Positions 11,117 to 18,723 of a stretch of 20,000 nucleotides of DNA are shown here, one piece after another (the first letter of the stretch is position 1; each line of letters starts with the position of its first letter). The translations under genes were made by a program, and so were the position numbers. The stretch lies in the IMG/VR virus record IMGVR_UViG_3300023054_000005. One strand, 5' to 3'. The notes below the pieces were generated by a model. It had not been told where the DNA came from. It searched no databases and saw only the letters and a program-made list of their open reading frames with translations. The stretch is from an uncultured virus (IMG/VR IMGVR_UViG_3300023054_000005). Its lineage: Duplodnaviria; Heunggongvirae; Uroviricota; Caudoviricetes.

Positions 11117-11560
11117 ATGAATTTTGACGAATTAAAAGAGTGCTCAAGATGCAGTTCCGATGCATGTTATACTCAAGAAGTAACTAAAGACATTACTTTA
11201 GAGATGTGTTATGGGTGTGGTTTTATTTCTAATTCTTTAATGAAACAAGGAAGTGAATTTTTTAAAGAACAGATGGAAGTTTTACCTGAACTTTATAAAG
11301 CATTGCTTGATGAAGAAGAAGAAACAGGTAAGGTTTGGATGCCTTCTACTATTAATGTAGAAGATAAAGGTATAATATTTGCAGATGGAACCGGAAGAGA
11401 TAATTGGATGTGGGGTGCTGCTAAGGCAATTCTAGTATCGGAGGAGGAGAAAGATAAATACAAAGGTAAAAAATATAGAGCAGATATGTCTACAATAAGA
11501 CATTTCGAAGAACGTGATTTCATAGAAGCACTTTCATATATCCGGGTAATACCAGAATAA
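11117..11560 (+). CDS. Hypothetical protein with N-terminal Zn-ribbon
   Basis: CSRC...CYGCG. Confidence 0.7.
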   Translation: MNFDELKECSRCSSDACYTQEVTKDITLEMCYGCGFISNSLMKQGSEFFKEQMEVLPELYKALLDEEEETGKVWMPSTINVEDKGIIFADGTGRDNWMWGAAKAILVSEEEKDKYKGKKYRADMSTIRHFEERDFIEALSYIRVIPE

Positions 11561-11565
11561 ATAAT

Positions 11566-12207
11566 ATGAAAATAAGTTATGCAATACTTACACATAATGA
11601 AGGAAAATATATCGAAAAACTCCTTCCCTTTCTTATAAAAAATAAAAGGAAACAAGATGAAATTGTGGTGGTAGACGATTTTTCTGAAGAAGAATTAACT
11701 GTGGAATTACTCCTAAAATATAAAAATGAAATCCATTTAAATTATAGAAAATTTGATGGGGACCATACCCAGAAAAATTATCTTAATAGTGAATGTAGTG
11801 GGGATTATATTTTTCAATTAGATGCGGATGAAATAGTAAGCAAGGAATTTATAGAATTCCTCCCTCAACTATTAACTACCAACCCAGATATTGAATTGTT
11901 TTACTGTCCTAGAATAAATACCGTCTCAGATTTAACCTCAGAGTATATAACTAAATGGGGTTGGAATATAAACGAAAGGGGGTGGGTAAACTTCCCAGAT
12001 TATCAGATGAGGTTATATAAAAACCTCTCAAACATTAAATGGGAAGGATTACTCCATAGTAGAATTGTAGGATTTAAATCATATTCAACCCTCCCAAAGG
12101 AAGAATTGTATTGTATATTACACCTTAAGGATTTAAACCGTCAAATTCAACAAAATGATTTATATGACAGAATTGAATCTAAAGGTAGGCAAAAATACAA
12201 AGTATAA
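11566..12207 (+). CDS. Glycosyltransferase family 2 (GT-A fold)
   Basis: ISYAILTHNE, EIVVVDDFS and DYIFQLDADE (DXD motif). Confidence 0.9.
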   Translation: MKISYAILTHNEGKYIEKLLPFLIKNKRKQDEIVVVDDFSEEELTVELLLKYKNEIHLNYRKFDGDHTQKNYLNSECSGDYIFQLDADEIVSKEFIEFLPQLLTTNPDIELFYCPRINTVSDLTSEYITKWGWNINERGWVNFPDYQMRLYKNLSNIKWEGLLHSRIVGFKSYSTLPKEELYCILHLKDLNRQIQQNDLYDRIESKGRQKYKV

Positions 12208-12231
12208 CAATAAATTAATAACAATAAACAA

Positions 12232-12414
12232 ATGACTTTATTAGATCAATATAATTTAAAAAATTACAATACTGATAAGAATACCCTTCATAGCTATATT
12301 GAAAATGCCTATATCTTAAAGGAAGAAGTCTCCAAAAATTTTGATTCTGAGATAATAGATTTAAGAGGGATTAAAGGGAGATATGATGATATAATGTTAT
12401 GGGTAAAAAAATAA
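12232..12414 (+). pseudogene. Internally deleted SAM-dependent methyltransferase relic
   Basis: N-terminal TDKNTLHSYIE..Y and C-terminal IDLRGIKGRYDDIM resemble the two ends of a ~200 aa methyltransferase family; the SAM-binding core is absent. Confidence 0.55.
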
Positions 12415-12418
12415 AAAC

Positions 12419-13351
12419 ATGGTAATAGGAATTTTATGTAATAAGGATATAAATGAGGCAGTTTATAGAATTACATTTTCAAGTATAGTAAAAGCAAGTT
12501 CCCAATTAGATTTTGAATGTGTATTTGTAGAAGATTTAACATCGTACCCGGATGTTATATTTTCCAATGGGGGGTTTGATCCTACTTCTCTAGAACTAAA
12601 TTCCTTTCTAACCGATTGTAAATCTAAAGGGGTTAAAATCATCACAATTTTTAATGATGTATACCCTGGGGGAGATCTTTTACTACAAAATTGGTCTAAA
12701 ATTGCAGATTGTATTTTGTGTCCTACTCTAATGCATAAGTTATTTATAGAATCTGTAATAGACACCCCCGTTGAAGTTTTAAATGACTCTATTGATTATG
12801 CCTTAATTTCATCCCATACCCCCTTACAGAAAAATAATACTCCCCAAATATGTTGGTTTGGTTATCCTGAATCTTATTATAAAAGCATACAGAGATATGA
12901 ACATATTATAAAAACATATGTTGATAAGGGGTTGATGTCATTCACTTTAATTACAGACCCCAAACTAAACACTAACTTCCCAATCATCCCTTTTAATTCC
13001 TCTACATTTATGGGGGATATTAAAAAATTTGATGGGTGTATTTTGTCCCATTCTCCTTTAGATTATAATATCAACACCTTTATTAAATCCCCCAATAAAT
13101 TAACATTAGCTATTACCCTAGGAATTCCTTGTATAGCTAGTAATACCCCCTCATATAGGGATATTTTAAATACTGTGGATCTATCCGATTATTTATTTTC
13201 TAATATAAATTCCTTTAATAAATCCTTAGATTTGCTAATCAATACTGATAAAGAAAAATATTTATCCCAAAGCCAGCAATATGTTTTAAATACCTACAAC
13301 TATTTAACAATAGCAAAACATTTTATTAATATTGTAAAAAAACTAACCTAA
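12419..13351 (+). CDS. Putative glycosyltransferase (GT-B-like)
   Basis: ICWFG and KSPNKLTLAITLGIPCIAS...SY, typical of a GT-B C-terminal domain; lies in a GT cluster. Confidence 0.7.
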   Translation: MVIGILCNKDINEAVYRITFSSIVKASSQLDFECVFVEDLTSYPDVIFSNGGFDPTSLELNSFLTDCKSKGVKIITIFNDVYPGGDLLLQNWSKIADCILCPTLMHKLFIESVIDTPVEVLNDSIDYALISSHTPLQKNNTPQICWFGYPESYYKSIQRYEHIIKTYVDKGLMSFTLITDPKLNTNFPIIPFNSSTFMGDIKKFDGCILSHSPLDYNINTFIKSPNKLTLAITLGIPCIASNTPSYRDILNTVDLSDYLFSNINSFNKSLDLLINTDKEKYLSQSQQYVLNTYNYLTIAKHFINIVKKLT

Positions 13352-13393
13352 AAAAACCTATTTTTTATATTTATTAAAAACTCTAAAACAAAT

Positions 13394-13636
13394 ATGAAAC
13401 AAATAAAATGTATAAAATGTAAAGGAGATATGCCCGAACTTAGATTAACTAAATATGGGTATAACTTTTGTGTAAATTGTTCAACTGTAAATACTAAACG
13501 TGGAGTTTCTATAATGAAGGGGTCAGGTGAAGATACATGGGTTGAAACAGAAATAATGGAAGAAGAAACATACCAAACCCACTTTAACCCCGAAGGGAGA
13601 TATGAAATTACATTTGGGATTGAAGAGGAAGAATAA
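13394..13636 (+). CDS. TraR/DksA-like C4 zinc finger protein
   Basis: CIKCKGDMPELRLTKYGYNFCVNC matches CxxC...P..RL...CxxC. Confidence 0.6.
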   Translation: MKQIKCIKCKGDMPELRLTKYGYNFCVNCSTVNTKRGVSIMKGSGEDTWVETEIMEEETYQTHFNPEGRYEITFGIEEEE

Positions 13637-13638
13637 AT

Positions 13639-14280
13639 ATGCCACAACCCAAACCTTTAAGTAAGACTCAAATTTTAGCAGCAATGGCTAAAACAAAATC
13701 TAATATGGCTAGCGCCCGCTACCTTCATGTTTCATATCAACATTATAAAAGACATGCTAAAAATTATGAAGCTACTAAGGAGGGTTATGAAAATCTATTT
13801 GACCAACATAAAAACCAAAGTGGAAAAGGCATACCTAAGTTTTTAAATAATGGTAAGAAAGATCCTGCGTTATTAGATATAATAGAAGGTAAGATATCTC
13901 CTTCACATTTTAATCCCTCTAAAATCAAATATCGTTTAATTGAAGAAGGATATCTGGAAGAAGAATGTTCAATATGCAAATTCAGTGAACGTAGAGTATT
14001 AGATTATAGAGTTCCACTTTTATTACACTTTAAAGATAAAAACGGGAATAACTATAACCAGAATAATATTGAATTACTATGTTATAACCATTACTTTTTA
14101 TATGTTGGGGATGTTTTTAACGCTATTGATGAAAAACAAATAGAATCCCACACACCTTTAAATAATACTACAGACGCTGTTAATTTTGAAATGGATGAAT
14201 ATCACTTACAACGTTTAAAGGAATTAGGATTGGGGGATGATGACGAAGATAGTACTAACCAATATATTAGTCGAATGTAA
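13639..14280 (+). CDS. HNH-like protein with N-terminal HTH-like region
   Basis: CSIC...LLLHFKDKNGNNYNQNNIELLCYNH resembles a degenerate HNH motif; SMASARYL-like helix (SNMASARYLHVSY) near the N-terminus. Confidence 0.6.
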   Translation: MPQPKPLSKTQILAAMAKTKSNMASARYLHVSYQHYKRHAKNYEATKEGYENLFDQHKNQSGKGIPKFLNNGKKDPALLDIIEGKISPSHFNPSKIKYRLIEEGYLEEECSICKFSERRVLDYRVPLLLHFKDKNGNNYNQNNIELLCYNHYFLYVGDVFNAIDEKQIESHTPLNNTTDAVNFEMDEYHLQRLKELGLGDDDEDSTNQYISRM

Positions 14281-14435
14281 TGAAGAATAAAAACCACAAT
14301 AAAATAATTAAAGACTACGATAAACAAAAATCCAAAACTTTAAAAAAACTTGCCAGTAAATTGTTGGATATCCAGGATAAATTTCATATATTACGGGGTA
14401 AGAAAATTAATGATAATTTTTTAAAAAATTTTTAA
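14280..14435 (+). CDS. Small basic hypothetical protein; not in ORF track
   Basis: 51 aa MKNKNHNK...FLKNF; TAATG coupling to the upstream gene and ends 1 nt before the next gene. Confidence 0.6.
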   Translation: MKNKNHNKIIKDYDKQKSKTLKKLASKLLDIQDKFHILRGKKINDNFLKNF

Positions 14436-14436
14436 T

Positions 14437-14745
14437 ATGAAATTTAAACATAAGTGGAAGATTGAAACTGAAAAGGAAATGGAAATGTTATTTATGGAAA
14501 ATGATAAAAACCTCCATAATTTAATTGTGGATGAGGTTTTATTGCATTATAGAAATAGGAAAAAAACTATCCCTATATTATCCATTCATACTAAGGATTC
14601 GAAGATGAATTTTGATATATGTGTTGACCCCCAAGATATACCTGAGACATTAATGCAAAATCTAAAGATAATGGAGAACTACGAGGATTATGAAAGATGT
14701 ACTAAAATTCAAAATATTATCACCATCTTTAAAAATAAAGGGTAG
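14437..14745 (+). CDS. Hypothetical protein with C-terminal UvrB/UvrC-like motif
   Basis: NLKIMENYEDYERCTKI; TTG-N20-TATATT motif upstream at 14364-14392. Confidence 0.65.
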   Translation: MKFKHKWKIETEKEMEMLFMENDKNLHNLIVDEVLLHYRNRKKTIPILSIHTKDSKMNFDICVDPQDIPETLMQNLKIMENYEDYERCTKIQNIITIFKNKG

Positions 14746-14782
14746 AGATTGGTTTTAACCCATATTTATTACAAAAAAAAAT

Positions 14783-14917
14783 ATGGCAAAAACTATTGTA
14801 AATACTGTTACACCTAAGGGTAGTGTTAAAAGAAAAGGAGTTCATTCAAAAAGCAAAACTTCAAAAACAAAAAAAAGTAAAAATTATGAAAAAGGCTATA
14901 ATGGTCAAGGAAGATAA
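14783..14917 (+). CDS. Small Lys-rich protein ending GQGR; not in ORF track
   Basis: 44 aa MAKTIVNTVTPKGSVKRKGVHSKSKTSKTKKSKNYEKGYNGQGR with an A-rich leader and ATATTTAT upstream. Confidence 0.65.
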   Translation: MAKTIVNTVTPKGSVKRKGVHSKSKTSKTKKSKNYEKGYNGQGR

Positions 14918-15053
14918 AGAAGAAAGGGTTATTCAAAGTCTCTTAAAACAGATGAATGATAGTGATCTTATTTACCTTCATAAACACAACAAACTAGGTG
15001 TGTTTTGTTACGCCCTATCTCTTGATTTGCATTTCTTAAACCCCATATTCTAA
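14886..15053 (+). CDS. Hypothetical protein (start probably ATG 14886 or 14901)
   Basis: 3' part of track ORF 14823..15053; ends within a terminator hairpin. Confidence 0.45.
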   Translation: MKKAIMVKEDKEERVIQSLLKQMNDSDLIYLHKHNKLGVFCYALSLDLHFLNPIF

Positions 15054-15072
15054 AGATATGGGGTTATTTTTT
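15039..15072 (+). terminator. Rho-independent terminator
   Basis: aaccccatat-tctaaag-atatggggtt followed by a T tract. Confidence 0.8.
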
Positions 15073-15084
15073 ACATGGGATGTG

Positions 15085-15131
15085 TTTCATATATTCCTGT
15101 ACATTAATCAACTAAAACTGTATATGTTATG
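15085..15131 (+). promoter_or_regulatory. Promoter/leader module, copy 1
   Basis: tttcatatattcc...ttaatcaactaaaac...gttATG; similar to 15672-15718 with identical spacing. Confidence 0.55.
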
Positions 15132-15641
15132 AGTAAAATGTCAACTTTAATGGTTCCTCTTTTAAATGAAATTCTAATTAAAGAAATAGGGGAATCAAAT
15201 ATTCCACCCTTAGATTGGAAACAGGTAAGCCCTACTAAGTATGGATTTACAGTAAATATTGGGGGATTTAATGAGAGAGTTGTAGTAGAATTTGATAATT
15301 TTGATCCGGATTTAATATCAAAACAATTCTATTTACCAAGGTATCTTCAAGACTTGGATAAAACTTACAATGTGGGTTATGATGTAAGTGGAGATGAGGT
15401 CCAATTTGCTCAAAGTGATATAAAAACTTTATTAACTATTTTATCAACTGTAATCTCCGTTATAAAAGATTTTATATTATCTGAGGATCCTAATGTACTT
15501 TATATAGAAGCTACAGAAAAACAAGGAGAAAAAATTCAAAAATCTAATTTATATAAAGCATACATTCTCCATCAACTGAAAACAATACCTGGATATCAGA
15601 CTATATCAAGAAGAAAAGGAGAATTAATTTTTAAAAAATAA
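15129..15641 (+). CDS. Hypothetical protein
   Basis: 170 aa ORF following the leader module. Confidence 0.75.
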   Translation: MSKMSTLMVPLLNEILIKEIGESNIPPLDWKQVSPTKYGFTVNIGGFNERVVVEFDNFDPDLISKQFYLPRYLQDLDKTYNVGYDVSGDEVQFAQSDIKTLLTILSTVISVIKDFILSEDPNVLYIEATEKQGEKIQKSNLYKAYILHQLKTIPGYQTISRRKGELIFKK

Positions 15642-15653
15642 ATAATGAAAGGC

Positions 15654-15718
15654 TTGTATATGTAAATTTTACTTCGTATATTCCGGCATGTTAATCAATT
15701 AAAACAATAAAGGTTATG
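15654..15718 (+). promoter_or_regulatory. Promoter/leader module, copy 2 (TTG-N20-TATATT)
   Basis: ttg 15654-15656, then cttcgtatattcc...ttaatcaattaaaac...gttATG. Confidence 0.6.
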
Positions 15719-15832
15719 TTATTAAATCAACAAGAAATTTTAGAATACTGGTTTGGAATTGGAATGAACCTAGGTCTCACTGAGGCTCAGGCAATTAAAT
15801 ATTCAGAAATTCAACTTCAAGATTACAAATAA
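15716..15832 (+). CDS. Small hypothetical protein; not in ORF track
   Basis: 38 aa MLLNQQEILEYWFGIG...QDYK, TAATG-coupled to ORF 15832. Confidence 0.6.
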   Translation: MLLNQQEILEYWFGIGMNLGLTEAQAIKYSEIQLQDYK

Positions 15833-16269
15833 TGGCACTTTGGGAAATTAGTACTCTAAATAAGCATAGAAATTTTAGAACTCGTATAGTACACTCTGAA
15901 GGAAGTTTAAGTGTAAGTGATGGATTTGGTCCGGTACATTATGTCAAAAGATTTACATATAAACATATTAATGGTTTCAATCCTCCAATGTTAACCAACA
16001 TAGGTGGCAAGCATTATTTAATGCCAGGTTGGGTTGAAGTTCACCCAAAAACCAACTTAAAGGATATCATATGGGATAAACCTAAACCAAAAGCAAAATT
16101 TAAAATTGAAGTAATAACCCATAGATTTATTTCATCTAAAGGGGATAAAGAATATCTAACTAAGGAATCAACTCAATTAGATGGTTCAATTAAATATAGT
16201 TGTAACTGCTTTGGAGCTATTAGAGCAAAAGATGGACGCTGTACCCACATTAAAAGTATTGAAAAATAA
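15832..16269 (+). CDS. SWIM zinc finger protein
   Basis: C-terminal YSCNCFG...GRCTHI (CxC...CxH). Confidence 0.75.
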   Translation: MALWEISTLNKHRNFRTRIVHSEGSLSVSDGFGPVHYVKRFTYKHINGFNPPMLTNIGGKHYLMPGWVEVHPKTNLKDIIWDKPKPKAKFKIEVITHRFISSKGDKEYLTKESTQLDGSIKYSCNCFGAIRAKDGRCTHIKSIEK

Positions 16270-16303
16270 TATACAATTAATTTAAATATAAAAAAAAGAA
16301 TAA

Positions 16304-16723
16304 ATGAAGAACTTACTTTGGTTAGACGATATTAGAAACCCTTTTATAAATGAAGAAGGTAAAGTACCAACAGATGCGGATGGTGGAGATTATAATATAA
16401 ATTGGGTTTTGAATTATGAACAGTTTGTAAAATGGATTGGAATATTTGGGTTACCTGATGCTATTTCTTTCGACCACGATTTAGCGGATGAGCATTATAC
16501 ACCTGAATATTTTTGGGAAGATTATGATGAAAGTAAAAAATTTCAAGAATGGCGTGGTGAGAGTTACAAGGAAAAAACAGGAATGGATTGTGCCCAATGG
16601 TTAGTAGATTATTGCATGGACAACCAGAAAAAATTACCCAGGATATTTATACACTCCGCAAACCCCGTTGGTGCAGATAATATAAAAGGGTTGCTGGATA
16701 ACTTTATTAAATATTGTAGTTAA
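16304..16723 (+). CDS. Cyclic-phosphate-processing receiver-like domain protein
   Basis: LWLDDIRNP, ISFDHDL, TGMDCAQWL and IHSANPVG motifs. Confidence 0.75.
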   Translation: MKNLLWLDDIRNPFINEEGKVPTDADGGDYNINWVLNYEQFVKWIGIFGLPDAISFDHDLADEHYTPEYFWEDYDESKKFQEWRGESYKEKTGMDCAQWLVDYCMDNQKKLPRIFIHSANPVGADNIKGLLDNFIKYCS

Positions 16724-16740
16724 AGTACCTTTTAAGGAAT

Positions 16741-16874
16741 ATATAAAAAACGTAAACGATGATTTATAAAATAAAATATAAATTTAGATTATACTTATTA
16801 GAACGTAAATTAATAATAACTAAACAACGGAAAGCGATAAGTAGTTTATTTTCTTTGTGCGTTGTTGTGAAATT
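16741..16874. repeat. Degenerate attC-like element A
   Basis: Right arm gtttattttctttgtgc-gtt-GTTgtgaaatt; weak left arm atataaaaaacgtaaac with no AAC core. Confidence 0.4.
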
Positions 16875-16878
16875 TTAA
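16759..16878 (+). CDS. Micro-ORF reading through element A right arm
   Basis: 39 aa MIYKIK...SLFSLCVVVKF. Confidence 0.35.
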   Translation: MIYKIKYKFRLYLLERKLIITKQRKAISSLFSLCVVVKF

Positions 16879-16882
16879 ACAG

Positions 16883-17026
16883 ATGAAAGGATTTACAGGA
16901 TTTAAATGGTGGGAGCAAGAAAACCCAGCTTATAGGAAAGCTTGCAGAAGACAAGCCTCTAAAGAATTAATAGAATTAAAAGGACAATACGATTACTTTA
17001 TTAAAAAAACAGTAAGTAAGGTTTAA
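16883..17026 (+). CDS. Micro-ORF
   Basis: 47 aa MKGFTGFKWWEQENPAYRKAC...; stop abuts element B. Confidence 0.55.
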   Translation: MKGFTGFKWWEQENPAYRKACRRQASKELIELKGQYDYFIKKTVSKV

Positions 17027-17147
17027 TTTTTTACAAAGCATTGTGTATGCCTAGTAGCGTATAAATAGAAACAAATATTAATTAATAAATAAAACTTATA
17101 AAAATGACTAAAGAAACAAGAACTTTTATTTGGGGAATGACGCTACT
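17025..17147. repeat. Degenerate attC-like element B
   Basis: Left arm aattttttacAAAgcattgtgtatgcctagtagcgt (AAC changed to AAA); only acgctact (17140-17147) of the right arm remains complementary. Confidence 0.5.
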
Positions 17148-17292
17148 TCTTGTATGCGGAATAGGATTAGCATTACATATTGTTGATTTTATAAACGGAA
17201 CATTTGAATATGGATGGAATTGGTTATTATTTGCAGGGTGTGCGTTTGGCAGCATACAAGGAGGTGTTAAAATAACACAGACCACCGATTAA
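17104..17292 (+). CDS. Small two-TM membrane protein
   Basis: 62 aa with two hydrophobic stretches. Confidence 0.7.
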   Translation: MTKETRTFIWGMTLLLVCGIGLALHIVDFINGTFEYGWNWLLFAGCAFGSIQGGVKITQTTD

Positions 17293-17427
17293 TTGCATAT
17301 AACTTATGCGTGTATAGTTTGTTAACTATGTGATTAATAAAAGTACACTATAAAAATAGATTTGGTAGATTGATGTTAATTTAGTAAATTTGTTAATAAA
17401 TTATACACGCTGTTGGTTGCAGTTATT
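17291..17427. repeat. attC-like element C
   Basis: AAC 17301; gcgtgtatagtttgttaac pairs with gttaataaattatacacgc (17/19, both mismatches G.T); GTT 17412. Confidence 0.85.
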
Positions 17428-17472
17428 TTATAAAACCCCATTAATTTTATTTAAAATTAAAATACATAATAT

Positions 17473-17601
17473 ATGAACACAAACGGAGATAAGTTTTTTA
17501 TTTTAACCAACCCTATATTTTGGGTGTATTTTTTAATTATGACCATCTACTACTTAATAGATATGCTAAATATTTTTGATAAAAAACAAAACCAGAACTA
17601 A
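17473..17601 (+). CDS. Micro-ORF, single TM
   Basis: 42 aa MNTNGDKFFILTNPIFWVYFLIMTIYYLIDML..., TAATG-coupled to ORF 17601. Confidence 0.55.
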   Translation: MNTNGDKFFILTNPIFWVYFLIMTIYYLIDMLNIFDKKQNQN

Positions 17602-17822
17602 TGATAAAATGTGATAAAGGATGGCATAGTGGTGAATGCTGTTGTAATTGTAAAAACCAAATTGAGTTATTTAAACATCCTTGGAATAAGATAAACCAAG
17701 GAGCTTCTAATGAAGCTACTAATATGTTTGCTTGTATAGTGGAACACGATTGTAATAAAACAAATAAAGGAGTTATATTTGAAAATAAACATGGTCTTTG
17801 TGAAATGCATTGCGGTAAATAA
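17601..17822 (+). CDS. Cys-rich small protein
   Basis: 73 aa with CCCNC...C...C...CEMHC. Confidence 0.65.
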   Translation: MIKCDKGWHSGECCCNCKNQIELFKHPWNKINQGASNEATNMFACIVEHDCNKTNKGVIFENKHGLCEMHCGK

Positions 17823-17879
17823 AATGAATAAAAAAATTAAAATTAAAAGCTATTTTAAATAAGTATATATTAAAAAAAA

Positions 17880-18089
17880 ATGATAAATAATCTAGTAGTA
17901 AAACACAATAATGATAATGAAAATTTTAGAATTTTTGTTAATCACGGTAGTTATACTTATTCAGCAGAATATAATTTAATTGATTTATTTGATAATAAAA
18001 AATACATATTTAATTGTCAATCCATAAAAGAATTGTCTGACAAAGAAATAAAAGAAAGAATAATTAGTTATCATTTAGACACGATATAG
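17880..18089 (+). CDS. Hypothetical protein
   Basis: 69 aa with A-rich leader, followed by a terminator. Confidence 0.55.
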   Translation: MINNLVVKHNNDNENFRIFVNHGSYTYSAEYNLIDLFDNKKYIFNCQSIKELSDKEIKERIISYHLDTI

Positions 18090-18112
18090 GCCGTAATATA
18101 TGTGGCCTTTTT
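18088..18112 (+). terminator. Rho-independent terminator
   Basis: aggccgta-atata-tgtggcct followed by tttt. Confidence 0.6.
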
Positions 18113-18114
18113 AC

Positions 18115-18263
18115 AATAATGACTGCCAACGTATTTGTGTATAAAATGTACGAGTAAAAATAAATAGAATTTAATATTAATAATTAAAATAAGTAAAGAT
18201 GAAAAAAGTAAATTTAAACAGAATTAGTAAGTATTTTTTATACACGTTGTTGGTTGTAGTCTT
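18115..18263. repeat. attC-like element D
   Basis: AAC 18128; gtgtataaaatgtac / gtattttttatacac (13/15); GTT 18249. Confidence 0.85.
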
Positions 18264-18498
18264 ATTTACGGGATGTGCCGATGTCTCTAATATAGAAGCG
18301 TGTACCACAGTTGCTCCTTATGGATTTTGGGGAGGACTTTGGCACGGAATGATTGCACCATTTGCATGGATAGGTAGTTTGTTTAGTAGCGATATAGCAA
18401 TATATGCTGTAAATAATAACGGAGGTTGGTATGACTTCGGATTTATATTAGGTATAGGCGCGTTAAGCAGTAGCTCTACAAGTGCAGCAAAAAGATAG
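18199..18498 (+). CDS. Putative lipoprotein / membrane protein
   Basis: Signal peptide with lipobox FTG-C; GFWGGLWHG...NNGGWYDFGF. Confidence 0.8.
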   Translation: MKKVNLNRISKYFLYTLLVVVLFTGCADVSNIEACTTVAPYGFWGGLWHGMIAPFAWIGSLFSSDIAIYAVNNNGGWYDFGFILGIGALSSSSTSAAKR

Positions 18499-18503
18499 TA
18501 AAT

Positions 18504-18651
18504 AATATTACTTACAACGTACCCTTTTATTGCATTTTGCGTAAATTAATAATTAGTAAATAAATATAACATAAATGATAGAATATAAACAATTTAGTAA
18601 AAAAGTAAATAAAAAGCAATTTGTTATAAAAGATGTTGGCATTTGTTTTTT
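18504..18651. repeat. attC-like element E
   Basis: AAC 18516; cttttattgcattttgc / gcaatttgttataaaag (13/17); GTT 18635. Confidence 0.75.
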
Positions 18652-18721
18652 TGATACTAAATTTACTTTTTTACTATTAATAGGCTTTTTATTATTAATA
18701 ATAATCTTTAATTATCTATAA
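18575..18721 (+). CDS. Micro-ORF with C-terminal TM
   Basis: 48 aa MIEYKQ...QFVIKDVGICFF...LLLIGFLLLIIIFNYL. Confidence 0.55.
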   Translation: MIEYKQFSKKVNKKQFVIKDVGICFFDTKFTFLLLIGFLLLIIIFNYL

Positions 18722-18723
18722 AT

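Noticed and set aside
10045..13979. Minus-strand ORFs 10045, 11293, 12463, 13348 and 13785
   Set aside because: All overlap better-supported + strand genes and have no recognisable motifs.
14823..14885. GTG start of track ORF 14823
   Set aside because: Lies within the better-supported 14783-14917 ORF; a later ATG is more plausible.
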